A DNA stretch of 64,000 nucleotides. Source: Octopus sinensis. Lineage: Eukaryota. Below are positions 24,631 to 38,521 of this stretch, one piece after another. The notes beneath the pieces were generated by a model. That model did not search any database. It was not told the DNA's origin and worked only from the letters and a program-made list of their open reading frames with translations. How positions within the stretch are numbered: position 1 is the stretch's first letter; the number at the start of each line of letters is the position of its first letter. The position numbers and the translations under genes are program-made. The stretch covers positions 5,087 to 69,086 of the forward strand of contig NW_021830463.1 in NCBI RefSeq assembly GCF_006345805.1, given 5' to 3'.

Positions 24631-25238
24631 CCTACCGAAGTGTGATATAAACCACTGACTACTGAAAGCGGCCCCTAGATTTCCTTCACCAGAACTATAT
24701 ACTCTTGTATGCTACACTCCCGTATCATATATGTAGTAGCATGAATTGCTTTCGAATTGAAACTGGTTATTCTTCTCTTTTTCTGTTCATGATATTTCCA
24801 TGGTCAATTTGATATTTAGAGGCCGGTTGGAAGAAATTTTCTTTTCAGTGTAACCGCAATATTAAACTAATATTTCTATCAGATTTTCAAATTTAAATAA
24901 TTCGAATTTTATTTTTTAAATAAATATTTTTTCACAAATAACCTTTATAAATATTTAATTTCAACTACCTGTCTTAAGTGATCCATCCGCTATTATACTT
25001 TCCTTTTGTGTCAAAAAAATACTTTATTTCTTTTTACATTTTTCTTTTATTAAATCCATGCTGATATTCATTCCAGAATACAAGGATTGACTTCACATAT
25101 TATATTTTTTTTACAACGCTATCCAAATATAAAGAATGACATTTCGTTTAGTTGCTCCTATTCAATGGGTTCGTTTTCAAGATATGATAATATAGAAATA
25201 AAAGAACGGAAAAAATATTATGACAAAAGAAATAAGAA

Positions 25239-25273
<35 letters not shown>

Positions 25274-25305
25274 AAATAATATTAATACTAATGATTATGA
25301 TGATG

Positions 25306-25338
<33 letters not shown>

Positions 25339-25621
25339 TAATAATAATAATAATGCAAAAAATAAATAAAGGAAACGTAAAAATAAAAGAGACAATCGTA
25401 GACGATTACTATAATTACATGAAAACATCTTGTGTGATGTGGTGGTAATTAAACTAAAATGCCAGTAAATGTCTCCAATTTTACATGGGAATGCAGTACC
25501 AAAGCTCCAAGACAAAAGATAAAAAGCTCGACATGACATTCATGTTGGTTGGAATTCCATCTACATTATATCGTGTCTCACAGTGTGTAATCCACCTACT
25601 GAGGAAGAATACAGAAAGACA

Positions 25622-25656
<35 letters not shown>

Positions 25657-26049
25657 GTATGAAATATGTAATGCCTACACATAGATACATATCATCTCAT
25701 ATATATATACACATACACCCGTTTACAACCACATACTCATGTCATCATATGTACCAACCCATATCCACTCAAACAACAAAGTGAGCATATACATATAAAT
25801 ATATATTTATGCATATACATATATATATATATATTTATATATGTATATATTTATTTATATATGTATTTATGTGCGTATATATATATATCCACATATATAT
25901 ATATATACGTATATATATTACCATATCTATAATATGCATGTATACACAATATATATGCGTACTTCCTTAAATATGTATACATATGTACGTATGTGCATGA
26001 TTTTTAGACGTGGTTGTGTATGTGTGTGTGTGAGATAGAGAGAGATAGA

Positions 26050-26080
<31 letters not shown>

Positions 26081-26689
26081 TGTGTGTGTGTGTGTACGTA
26101 TGTATGCTGATGTGTTTGAATGCCGGAGCTTTTATGTCATAATTCAATAAACATTTCATATTTTTTTCAATATTTACTTGTGATTTCGTATACTTAAAAA
26201 AAAATTGTCTTTTACAATTTTTTAAATTTTGTGGTTGAAAGATATTAAAAGATGGATTTTGTTAACAGAGAGATGATGTTTTAGATTTAAGTGACTTTAT
26301 CAGCAAGATGCCTTAGATATGTATAAAGAGTGTAACGATGGGAAAGTTGAATCATATTGCAAGAATTTCAGAGATAATGTAACTATTGTAGAGTTCTATT
26401 GTGTACTCCAAGAGTGAGACACCACTCTATGCACTGTTGTAGTTGAACAAAACAGTAATAACCGATATCAAGAAACTGATTATCACCTCTTCAGTCACTC
26501 CATTCCCCCTATTTCAATGCTATAGTAAAAGGAAATTTCCTGAGGCATTTCTATACATTTTACCTGACGATTGGGCCTTGTCCACGGGAACGTAACAAAA
26601 GCGTGAATAATGCTATTTAACCCAGTGAAATTCCTTTTTAATTTGAATTTTGGGCGTATCTTTTGTCTTTAAATTGTTTCAATCATTAG

Positions 26690-27082
26690 ATTTAGGTCAT
26701 GCTGGAGCACTACCTTGAATAAGTTTTAGTCGATTGGCTGTATTTCTTTACGTATGATACTTATTCTATCGGTATCTTCTTTGCGATCCGCTACACACTA
26801 ATGTTAACACACCAACACCGACTGTCAAACGGCGGTGAGTGGCAAACACAGACTCAAAGACACACATACATACAAACACACACACACACACACACGCATA
26901 CACAAACACGCACACACACACGACGGAGAAGAGCTTCTTCCAATTTCCGTCTATCAAATTTACTCACAAAGCTTTGGTAGGCAAGCAGCGATAATAGAAG
27001 TTAGTTGCCCAAAGTTCCACGCAGGGAGAATGAACCTGGAACCATGTGGTTGGGAAGTAAGTTTCTTACCACACAGACACGC
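26690..27082 (-). mobile_element. SINE family 1, old/diverged copy
   Basis: Degenerate reverse-complement matches to both head and tail. Confidence 0.6.
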
Positions 27083-27221
27083 CAAGTTAGCTTCGCAATC
27101 TTGTAGTTTCGGTTTCAGTATACTTACGTCACTACGCGTCAAACCTCTTTCACTATATACCCTTGCCGACAAATGCCTTCTAAGGAGAAATTTGATTCCA
27201 GAAACCTCGAGGTAAAAGGAA

Positions 27222-27615
27222 CTATATATATATGTGTGTGTGTGTTGTGTGTGTGTGTGTTGTGTGTGTGTGTGTTGTGTGTTGTGTGTGTGTGTCTGTT
27301 GTGTGTGTGCGTGTGTGTGTGTGTGTGCTGTGTGTGTGTGTTGTGTGTGTGTGCGTGTGTGTGTGTGTCGTGTGTGTGTGTGTGTTGTGTGTGTGTGCAT
27401 GTGTTGTGCGTGTGTGTTGTGTGTGTGTGTGTGCGTGTGTTGTGTGTGTGTGTTGTGTATGTGTGTGTGTGTGTGCGTGTGTTGTGTGTGTGTGTGGTGT
27501 GTTGGTGTGTGTGTGTGTGTGTGCGTGTGTTGTGTGTGTGTGTGTTGTGTGTGTGTCGTGTGTGTGTTGTGTGTGTGCGTGTGTTGTGTGTGTGTGTGTG
27601 TGTATGTGTGTGTTC
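27222..27615. repeat. Interrupted (TG)n microsatellite
   Basis: Seen directly. Confidence 0.95.
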
Positions 27616-28069
27616 GAGACTTTGTAGTTCGTTTTTCTCTCCAAACCCTTACAAACAACACTATTTCGTTTATGTTCCGTGTAAATTTAGCGGTTTAGCG
27701 CGAGATAAAAATAGTGTGGCTGTATGGTAAGTAGCTTGCTTACGAACCACATGGTAGCGGGGTCAGTCCCTCTGCGTGGCACCTTGGGCAAGTGTCTTCC
27801 ACTATAGCCTCGGTCCGACCAAAGCCTTGTGGGTAGATTTAGTAGACGGAAACTGAAAGAAGCCGGTCGTGTATAGGTATATATATATATATATATATAT
27901 ATAAACAAGTCAAAATGCGATAAAATAAAAATAATTATTATCGCTGGTATTTCTAGCACAAGCCATATATTTTTCATATATCAGTACATTAAGGCGAAAT
28001 ATGTGCTAGGAACACAGAAGCTAGATAAATTTAGTGAAATGAAGATAAAAACATTTACTAACTCGGTTC

Positions 28070-28143
28070 CTCTTAGACTGCAGTTTCTTTCTTTTCAGCA
28101 ATAAAGATAATTTATTTGCTCAGGGAGAATTCATCGGTAAGAG
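28070..28143 (-). ncRNA. Hammerhead ribozyme with U4C core and extended stem II (copy 1)
   Basis: CUCUUA-CCGAUGA-A-UUCU..AGCA-A-AUAAA-UUAUC-UUUAU-UGCU..AGAA-A-GAAA-CUGCAGUC/UAAGAG. It has a 6-bp stem I, a palindromic stem III (ACUGCAGU) and a GUC cleavage triplet. Confidence 0.6.
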
Positions 28144-28466
28144 CCCTGTTGTTCTGAGATCCTAACTCACTAGCAGCATGTGCTTCTAATGATTTACTCT
28201 CTCTAACTAATCAGATCACTGCGCAGACTCCGAACGTCCCGACAAAACTAGGGATTTCTGGTATATCGTCTAGCGCTCAAAATTTATCGAGAAATATGTA
28301 AACAAGTCAAAATGCGATAAAATAAAAATAATTATTATCGCTGGTATTTCTAGCACAAGCCATATATTTTTCATATATCAGTACATTAAGGCGAAATATG
28401 TGCTAAGAACACAGAAGCTAGATAAATTTAGTGAAATGAAGATAAAAACATTTACTAACTCGGTTC

Positions 28467-28540
28467 CTCTTAGACTGCAGTTTCTTTCTTTTCAGCAATA
28501 AAGATAATTTATTTGCTCAGGGAGAATTCATCGGTAAGAG
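28467..28540 (-). ncRNA. Hammerhead ribozyme with U4C core and extended stem II (copy 2)
   Basis: Identical to 28070-28143. Confidence 0.6.
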
Positions 28541-28584
28541 CCCTGTTGTTCTGAGATCCTAACTTACTAGCAGCATGTGCATAT

Positions 28585-28657
<73 letters not shown>

Positions 28658-29159
28658 ATGTTTGTGTGTCTGTGTTTGTCCCCCAACAGCGCTTGACAAC
28701 CGATGCTGGTGTGTTTACGTCCCCATAACTTAGCGGTTCGGCAAAAGAGACCGATAAATTAAGTACTAGGCTTACAAAGAATAAGTCCTGGGGTCGATTT
28801 ACTCGACTAAAGGTGGTGCCCCAGCATGGCCACAGTCAAATGATTGAAACAAGAAAAGGAGTAAAAGAGTAAGGGTAGATTTGCTTCACAAGGCTCTTCA
28901 AGGCGGCTATGCAGCAGTCCCAAAGTTTAATGAATGACTGAATTAATGCATTATCTTCGACTATCTTCCTCTATTGATTTCAAATATAGCACATAAACAT
29001 AAAACTCCATACGTATATATATTTTCCACGCAGAACACATTTTAAAATAAAAGATTTTGCAAGGCATATAACTCAAATCTTGCAAAATGTAAATTAAGTA
29101 AGAAGGTTAATTGTAGAAAAATTCTCATACAAATATACACTTATATTCTTATTTTTTTA

Positions 29160-29382
29160 TTTACCACAAGGGGCTAAACATAGAGGGGACAAACAAGGAC
29201 AGACACAGGTATTAAGACGATTACATCGACCCCAGTACTTAACTGGTACTTGATTTATCGACCCCGAAAGGATGAAAGGAATAGTGGACGTCGGCAGAAT
29301 TTGAACTCAGAACGTAACGGCAGACGAAGTGCCGCTAAGCATTTCGCCCGGCGTGCTAATGTTTCTGTCAGCTCGCCGCCTT
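29160..29382 (-). mobile_element. SINE family 2, full length monomer
   Basis: Reverse complement ending in gctcgccgcct. Confidence 0.82.
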
Positions 29383-29819
29383 ATATTCTTACGCACATAA
29401 ACCGTAGGTATGGCTGCGTGGTCAAGATGGTTGCTTTACAAGCACGTAGCTTCGGGTTCAGACTCGTTGAGCGACAATTTGCATGCCACTGGTGAGACTG
29501 CGCTCTGCATCGTTTTAGCCTTTCAAATAACGCCACTCCACTGGCTAGACAAGCAGGTCAACTCTCCCTCATCTGATCGAAATTGGGGACTGGAGCAACG
29601 TAAAATGGAATGTTCTGTTGAAGAGCCCAACACGCCGCCCAATCAAGTAATCTAGCGCATGTATGTTCATATTTGTGTGTTTGTGTGCCTTGCCCACCTC
29701 TACTAAACCAACGGTATTATGTTTTCTTTTTTATTTTCACCATTCATAAAGAAATTCGGCAAAGGAATCCGTGAAAGAACTCGTTGGAACCTTCGGTAAA
29801 CATTTTTTAGGCGCAAGAT

Positions 29820-30001
29820 TGACTGTATTGTACGTAGCTTGCTTACCAACCAGATGGTTCAGGGATCAGTCCCACTGCTTGGCACTCTGGGCAAGTGTCT
29901 TCTACTATATCTGCGGGCCGACCAAAGACGTGAGAGTGGATGTCGTAGACGGAAATCGGAAGAAGCCCGTCATATCTGTCTCTCTATTTATTTTTCTATC
30001 G

Positions 30002-30045
<44 letters not shown>

Positions 30046-30078
30046 ATCTATCTATCTATCGATCTATCTATCTATCAT

Positions 30079-30130
<52 letters not shown>

Positions 30131-30320
30131 ATATACACATATATGTATGTATATATCTATGTATGCGTGTGTATATATTTGTGTCTGTGTTTGTCTCCAC
30201 CAAAATGCTTGACAGCCGATGCTGGTATGTTTATGCCCCTGTTACTCAGTGGTTCGGCCAAAGAGACCGATGGAAAAAGTACTAGGCTTACAAAGAATAA
30301 GCTCTGGAGTCGACTGGAGA
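29820..30320 (+). mobile_element. SINE family 1 with expanded (ATCT)n/(TA)n centre
   Basis: Head and tail are homologous to 8250-8660. Confidence 0.7.
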
Positions 30321-30756
30321 AATATATTTGTAAAATATTGTCCTTGTCACCTTCCTTAGTTTTATACTGCTTGATATTGTTCTTACACCCAGTTCATTCA
30401 CCCTGTTGACTTTTCCTATTAAAAAAACGCTTCATAGGCAACATAATAACATTAAAATTAATTCATTGTTGTTAAGAATCCTTGCGGCGCACCCTGAGAA
30501 TGATATAAATAATAGTAAAAGTATAGAAGACAGAACTGTATTTAGAAGAGAAGAAAAGGAAAAAGGGAAAAAAAAACAACTCATCAGCTTTGAATTAATT
30601 AATTTCGAGACATCCCTCCAGATTGTTCGTGACAAACTAACGTATCGCGAGACGCAGTTTGGAAAGCATGGCTCTATATTCTTCCAAATACAATAGATAC
30701 CTATGTACATTCACCCACACACACATATAGTCACAAGCTTATAAATTATATATATA

Positions 30757-30791
<35 letters not shown>

Positions 30792-31559
30792 TTATATATA
30801 TATATATATACACACACATATATATATATGTATATATATACATATACATACATATATATATACGTAATATGTATATATAAATAAATATATACATATATAT
30901 ATATACATACACATAAATATATATACACAAGCATATATGTGTATGTATGTATAAACAAATATGCATACATCCCTACAATCTCCAAACACGCACATCTAAA
31001 CACTCGTTAACACGCAAACTTATACACACACATACACACACACACACATACTCTCAGACATGCGCGTGCGCAGATACATGTTTGTGCGAGTGCTCGTGCA
31101 CGTGACATAAAAATCTACTTTGGAACGATGAGGTTTCTAGTTCGACGCAACTGCTCAGCACTTTCATTCGAATTCATTGTTCCATGTTGTCTACATTACA
31201 TCATGTCTCTCGCTGCAACACCGAATGCGCAAACTTACGCAATCAGTTGATGGATAAGTTAGAATTCCTAAATACGCGGCAATTCAACTATATTCCAGAA
31301 CTCTCTCAAGCTAGTGAGTGCTTCTTAGATGCGAAAAAGCATTTCCATAATTTTGACATTTCTCAGATGCTGAAGCCGCGAGAGCAATTCCAAATGAGTT
31401 GAGTTTTCTGCGATATATTAGAATTCAGGTATACAAGTATTGCTTGATGTACGACAAACACTCACGTTTATTAGCGTAAAGGATTTTGTAAAGCTGCTGG
31501 ACATTTCGCCAAACAGTCAAAAGCCCAAGATGAATGGGGAAACATATTCTTTTATTCTT

Positions 31560-31829
31560 TTATTCTTTTATTCGTTTCAGTCACTTGACTGTGGCCATGC
31601 TGGAGCATCGCCTTTAGTCGAGCACATCGACCCCAGAAATTATTCTTTGTAAGCCTAGTACTTATTCAATCGGTCTGTTTTGCCGAACCGCCTTGTTACT
31701 GGGACGTAAACACACCAGCATCGTTTGTCAAGCGATGTTGGGGGGACAAACACAGACTCACAAACGTATACAAACACAAACACACACACACACGCACACA
31801 AACACACACACACACACACAAAACACACA

Positions 31830-31870
<41 letters not shown>

Positions 31871-32030
31871 CATATATACGACGGGCTTCTTTCAGTTTCC
31901 GTCTAACAAATCCACTCGCAAGGCTTTGGTCGGCCCGAGGCTATAGTAGAAGACACTTTCCCAAGGTGCTATGCAGTGGGACTGAATCCAGAACCATGTA
32001 GTTCGGAAGCAAGCTACTTACCACACAGCC
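31560..32030 (-). mobile_element. SINE family 1, full length
   Basis: Reverse-complement match to the family consensus. Confidence 0.8.
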
Positions 32031-32544
32031 AGACCACAAACCGGTCTATATTTACCAGATAGGCGTGTTTTCCGAAAGGCGTAAAAATCTTCTTTGATGA
32101 ATGAGAATACTCAGACGAGTAATTATAGCCGGTTATCTGAGCATTACGAAGGATATGTGAAAGTTCTAGGTTCATTCGGATGACAAATGGAAGTCAAACG
32201 AATTGTTACAATTATCTCCGTTGTCTAACAACTGGAAGAAATGAATGATGAGCGTGCTTCTCACTAAGCGAAATTGAAATATATAACATGAAAATGTATC
32301 TCTATTTTCACCATAAGATAAGTTTCTGCTATCTTAGAGACACACAGTCATGCGTATATATTACACAAACACGTAGATACGCACACAAACGGTCACGTAG
32401 AGGCCCTTGCGCAGAGATGCCCAAAGAGAGGCACTCGGGCAGACATAAAAATGCATTTCTCATGTTGCAAGGTACGTCATATTAGAACTGGCGTTGTCTT
32501 GCGTTGAGGGTCCACAAAAACCTATTTGATCCTTGGAAAGAATA

Positions 32545-32553
32545 GTAATAATG

Positions 32554-32597
<44 letters not shown>

Positions 32598-32684
32598 CAT
32601 AATAATAATAATAATAATAATAATGATAATAATAATAATAATAATAATATAATATAATACATAATAATAATAATAATGATGATG

Positions 32685-32730
<46 letters not shown>

Positions 32731-32752
32731 AATAATAATAATGATGATGGTG

Positions 32753-32785
<33 letters not shown>

Positions 32786-32799
32786 TAATAATGATGATG

Positions 32800-32844
<45 letters not shown>

Positions 32845-32845
32845 G
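32545..32845. repeat. (AAT)n/(GAT)n compound microsatellite; a second block lies at 33930-34235
   Basis: Seen directly; the two blocks flank the R4/Dong-like element. Confidence 0.95.
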
Positions 32846-32856
32846 AGAGAGAGATA

Positions 32857-33729
32857 GACATACAAGAAACAAGCACAGAAAAAGCTAGGCGCATGAAAAC
32901 CCGTGCCAAAACTGCGGCCTTAGATATTCTGAATAATAAATGGCAAGAAAAACCTCTCTACGGCAAATACCCAAAGAGAGCGAATAATGCAGATATCGAC
33001 AAAGCCCTGACCCATCAATGGCTAATGGCCTCTGGCTTAAAATCTGAAACAGAGGGGTTTATCATAGCAGCTCAAGATCAATGCCTACCAACAGAAAACT
33101 ACCAGGCCAACATATTAAAGATCAGAAGCAGTCCAACGTGTGTCGTATGCAAGCAACAAATGAAACCATTGACCATGTGGTCTCCAAGTGCAGTCTTCTA
33201 GCGCCTACAGCGTATCTCAACAGGCACGATAGAGCTGCACAATATATTCACTGGGTAATCTGTAAAAACCTGGATTTGCCCCATGAAAAAAACTGGTGGG
33301 AACAAAACCACCCCCAGTGCTTGAAAATGACCACATCTCACTCCTCTGGAACTTCACCATTCAAACTGACAGGAAGATAGATGCAAATAGGCCAGACATC
33401 ATATTGAAAGACTTCAAACAAAGAACATGCCTCCTCATTGATATGACTGTCCCAATCGATATAAACGTATCTGTCAGGACCTACCAAAAACTGAGCAAAT
33501 ATAAAGATTTGAAATAGAAATCAGCAAAATGTGGAAGCTGAAGACTAAAACAATACCTGTTGTCATAGGTGCCTGGGAATGATAGCAAAAGGGGCTGATA
33601 GCTACCTAACTCAGATACCAGGAAACCCAAAAATGGGCAGAAGTTCAAAAGATAGTGCTCATGGGAACTGCTCATATCCTACGCAAAATACTCTATGTAA
33701 CCTCAAGGTTTAAACAACCATAATTTTCG

Positions 33730-33760
<31 letters not shown>

Positions 33761-33928
33761 CTTTTTTTTTTTTTTTTTTTTAGACATTCATTAGTACACA
33801 TCCCCACCCCCCAAATATATGGCACACTAGGCATAACAACAACATGAACTTCCAACCCTGTTGGCTCTTGAGGTCTCTGGGTGAGACTTGGAGCCAACTT
33901 GTACAATATAAAGCAAAAGTCAAACATA

Positions 33929-33929
<1 letters not shown>
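32857..33929 (+). mobile_element. 5'-truncated R4/Dong-like non-LTR retrotransposon (CCHC knuckle + restriction-like endonuclease) in (TAA)n
   Basis: Across frameshifts: GLKSETEGFIIAAQDQ, CR.CKQ.NETIDHVVSKC, RHD, NRPDII...LIDM.VP...K..KY, IPVVIG, GTAHILRK. Long (AAT)n tracts lie on both sides. Confidence 0.85.
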
Positions 33930-33973
<44 letters not shown>

Positions 33974-34022
33974 TAATGATGATGGTGATAATAATAATAA
34001 TAATAATAATAATAATATAAAA

Positions 34023-34066
<44 letters not shown>

Positions 34067-34133
34067 TGATGATGATGATGATGATGATAATGATAATAAT
34101 GATGATGATGATGATAATAATAATAATAATAAT

Positions 34134-34212
<79 letters not shown>

Positions 34213-34753
34213 GCGACGATGATGATGATGATGATAAAACAACAAAAATGTATATAAAACAAATAAGAAAAAAAATAATTAAATCAGTTTATCAAGAAAG
34301 TGATTGTAAATTTTTCCTCCCTTCGGATCTCAAATGTCTCTGGAATAAAAGCGCATATTCAAAATAGCAATCATCACCGCGATACAAGGGAATTTCACAA
34401 CAAAGGAATGAATCTGATGAACTTATCATCGAGAATAGATGCAACTTCACCACTTATATGAACATATATATACATATATCTATAAGATAGTTGACTTCCC
34501 CATTGATGCTCATAATCCAAATAAATAACAATCAGAAGGCGGTGTCCTATAGAGTCTAAAATTTGATAAATCTTTTGTTTCGAATGAATCTAACATAGGC
34601 AGAGCTATTATTGTTATGGATGAAAAACTTTACGAAGATGATGTGTTAGAATAATTAACAGAGATGATTAATATGAAAAAGAAAGAAGAAATATAGATAA
34701 AATGGTTAGGGATAATATAGAATCAATAAGTATCCAGTAAACAAACAGCGAAA

Positions 34754-35150
34754 TCTTTATATATAAAAGTGAGGTTGTGTGCTGTCTGTCTCCTACGATT
34801 TAGATTCCTAACTACTCCCACATTTTGCGGTGCAGTTTAACCAAAACCGGGTATCTTATAGTCGTGATTCATATCGAGCCCTTCTGGGTATTAGCGCGCA
34901 TCTACGATGAGTCTACGATTTAAATAAAAAATTACCATCAATTTTTTCCATTTTAATGCATTTTTTTGCTATTATATAAGGGAAGTAACTCTCTAAAAAT
35001 TTATTATTAAATCTCAGAACGTAAAATGCTACAGTAACACCCCCCTTTGTGGTTAGCCATATTGAGATGGCTATTATACTTTACATCTCTAAAAATGCTT
35101 ATATAGTTATTTCCCTTACAAACCCGAGCAACGCCGGGCGATACTGCTAG
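34754..35150 (+). mobile_element. Non-autonomous Helitron (397 bp)
   Basis: 5' TC...TATATAAAA, subterminal hairpin cccg-agcaacgc-cggg (35123-35138), 3' CTAG, inserted between A and T, no TSD. Confidence 0.8.
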
Positions 35151-38100
35151 TTGATTATAAATTTGATTTTAAAATGAGGGAAAGGAATGTCCATGAATTA
35201 CCAAACGATCGTAAAAACTTGTTAATACAGAAATTAATCTCTGAACAAAATAATGAGTAGAGAAACTATTTAAATTAACTGAATTTAAAGTGAGAGCCAT
35301 ATTTTTCGGCACCACAGGCCCCAATTCAACTCCTGAGTTCCTTTATAAATTTGCTTCTTAAGTCTCTATAGCAAAAGAACCTAAGTAACAAATGGCTCGG
35401 CGGAACATTTCAGTTTCCATCAATTGACCTATAAAAGGCGAGAGGAAGCGTCTTTCCGAGTCCATAAATTTTATAACATTATTCTCTTAGTCTGTCACCT
35501 TATTCATTGTCCATGACTTGCACCCATACATGTGAGTTAGAACGCATACTGCTTGGTAGAGGAGAACATTGAATGGATGTTACGATGAATCTGATGCCTA
35601 AGATGACCAGGTGTATCTGAGATGTTTTAGAGACACCTCATTCAGTGTGCATCTGTTGGAAGTGAAATGTCCCTGAGTTCGTATATCTGAAGTGGAGAAG
35701 GTTCGCAATTTGTTGCTGTTATGCTGATAATAACGGGAAAAGTAAAACGTATAAGTTTGCTTTCAGCAGAATATCTAAGTTCAATTCTAAATACTTTCGC
35801 TTTTCAAATTTAATGGAAGCGGATACAATGACTCACAAGGACTACCATGGTGTCATTTCTCAGGGTAAGGTTTTCAGAATATTGTAGCTCAAAATCCATT
35901 CTCATTTATAAACACAGACGTTCTCTAGTCATTCATCCAGATGACTGCAATCATAGTTGCAAGATCTTTGTTAAAAAATATATTTATCTTAATTGATACA
36001 GGATAATATAAGACTGAAAAGAATCGAGACTTGAAACGATTAGTCCTTCAATTACATACATACTTATGTAAGTTATTATTTAGTATAGTCCACTGTTTTA
36101 ACATGGCTTCCCAGCGATTGAATTCTATGCAGTTTGAATGCTCATAAAAGAAATACAGATGTGAGAAGTGTGAAGACACCATTGTAAATATGGCATTTGG
36201 AAATGTGGATTAGCTTCTATTGACTGAGATTAGCATTTCAGGTTTGTTTCCCGGCCTCTATATAATACTCCAATATTATGTTGCAACTCTTTATCAGTAA
36301 TAACTTTGAGTAAATCGGCGGTGCATCAGCATGGCCGCAGCTCTGAGCTGAAACTACAGAAAAAAAAGTTTAAGAAAGAGGAGGACATTCGTAAGATCTT
36401 CATATAAGTGTATTTAGTAAGACGTTACAACCTGATCAGTGTTGTATAGAATAAAGGTTTTCCAATACATAATTAGATTCCGTGATTCTCCAAGGGTTCG
36501 AGAGAGGAGATGATGGAGAAATTTGGAATGGCGTATTTGTTTTTTGAAGAAATGCAATACGGATTAACCACAGACATATGTAACGTTACTTGGATGTCCT
36601 TAACGTTAAGTAGTTTCCAGAGGGCAAAATAATTACCTTTTTAGAAGTTCTGAAAAGCCATGTATTAGTTAATCTAAAAGCTTTCGTCTCAGTGTTGTCT
36701 TACGGATGGCCACTGAATAATAAAAGTGATGCTAACGTAGAAACCTGTCAGACGTTTAGGATCGTAATATCTGGTGTGTTGAGAGTTAAGATGTTTTGAT
36801 AGCTAGTGATTGCGACATTCTACACTCATCTCACTCCAACTAGATTTCGTCATCAACCTCATCATTATCATACCCATCAAAACATGATGATGAGGATGAT
36901 GATGATGGCGACGACGACGATGATGATTATCATCATAATCATGATCATCATCCTCATGATCGTCGTCGTCGTCATCATCTCTTCTTCACCATCATCATTA
37001 GTAGCACATCCCGATAACGTTTGATGTCTTTTGAGACAAATGGAAACCAATTTTTCTCCAAACAAGCTAAATTAACTTCAGTATACTTTCTGCCATATTT
37101 TTACTATTACTAGTCTTTGGCGAAGATTCAACATATTTTTCTCATGCTAATTAACCACACAATTTAGATATGGCGATTCTCTCTACCAAAAATCCCTAAT
37201 GCGCAGAATACTCTCTTATCTATTTAGACGTCATTACCTCAACCAAATCGCGTTTGACTATTGAAGACACCTGATACCTCTTCTGTGATATATGCGATAT
37301 ATTTGCCAACACTTTGCAGCATTTTAAAAAGGTCACAAGCTATTATCATTCGTAGCATGCGGCGTAGGTTCAATTTCAATTTTTCCTTGAAGCATTTCAG
37401 CTTGAAGTGTTTGTAATAATTTTCTTTAAGTATTTCTGGTAATCCATGTCCCTGTGATATAAAAATCATAATTAATAATATAACGGAGAGTCTTTTCACA
37501 CACTCAACGATATTAGTGTACAAGCATTTTATGTACTGACTCGCAAGAATTTAATAGCTTTTGAACGTTTATATCATGTGATATAATCATTATCATTTCA
37601 ATGGAAATCATATGGCACTTTGAACGGAAATATATATATATTGTGTTGAAATTTTATGCCAAGAAATAATATAAAATCATGATAAGACTACTTCTAGGTG
37701 AAAAATACGACTTTCTGTGTACATTATCCAATGACACAATCACTAGAAACATCTTATCGGGATACGAGAAGTTACAGTAGACCAGAATCTTTATTTGTCG
37801 AATTACACAACTTACCCTCCCACAGTAAAATGGAAACTCAGTTTAATAAGTAGTTAAGAACTTTTGTATGGATACTAAAGATTGTTCGTTTCATTCTTAG
37901 ATGAGAAAAAGCTCCATCAGCATTTGGTTTCAAGTTGTAAATGCATTTTTTTAACAGATGCAATGAATCCAAATCTAATGAAGGCATAATGTCGTTAATG
38001 ATAATGCAACTTTCACGCCTTTCTTCTTGCGAACATAAATGGCATGATTGAAATATCTCAAAATCTTAAAGTCCGTTACCCGTTGCCATACTTGTTGGAT

Positions 38101-38521
38101 TACAATGTGAATAATGGCAGACAAGAGAAGCAGACAAGCTAATGAGTAAGCCTTTTTATATAATCTCTTGACATGCTAGATATAATAAAGCAATTCAACC
38201 AAATCATATTCTACTACCTTTATAATGATTAGAAGTAAATTTCAGATGAGTTTCTTCCAAGTTATAAATAAATATATTTTGAATACATACGAGGATATAT
38301 ATTCAGTGAAAGGTTCATGCAACCAGGGAGTGTATGGCTTTCAAATGTTTCTCATTCTTAACATAAATGGAATAAATATAACATCTACAATTGCTAGATC
38401 TTGGTGCCCTTAACCGTAATTAGCTTCAACATCATTTAATTTTCACAAGCACGGAAACTATATAAGCAATAGAGGAGGCCATTTGTAGTTACTTATAATG
38501 GTAGAAATGGCAGTAGAATTA

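Larger units (their letters stand above)
27903..28580 (-). mobile_element. Retrozyme-like non-coding element: two 281-bp direct repeats (period 397) each with an HHR, inserted in the (TA)n of a SINE
   Basis: 27903-28183 and 28300-28580 differ at 2 positions by eye and flank a 116-bp unique spacer. (TA)n lies on both sides. The two halves of the host SINE are at 27714-27875 and 28640-28872. Confidence 0.75.
27714..28872 (+). mobile_element. SINE family 1 split by the retrozyme-like insertion
   Basis: The 5' half (27714-27875) and 3' half (28640-28872) are in register. Confidence 0.8.

Noticed and set aside
26960-27730. Long His/Thr and Cys/Val ORFs resembling metal-binding proteins
   Set aside because: They derive entirely from an interrupted (TG)n tract.
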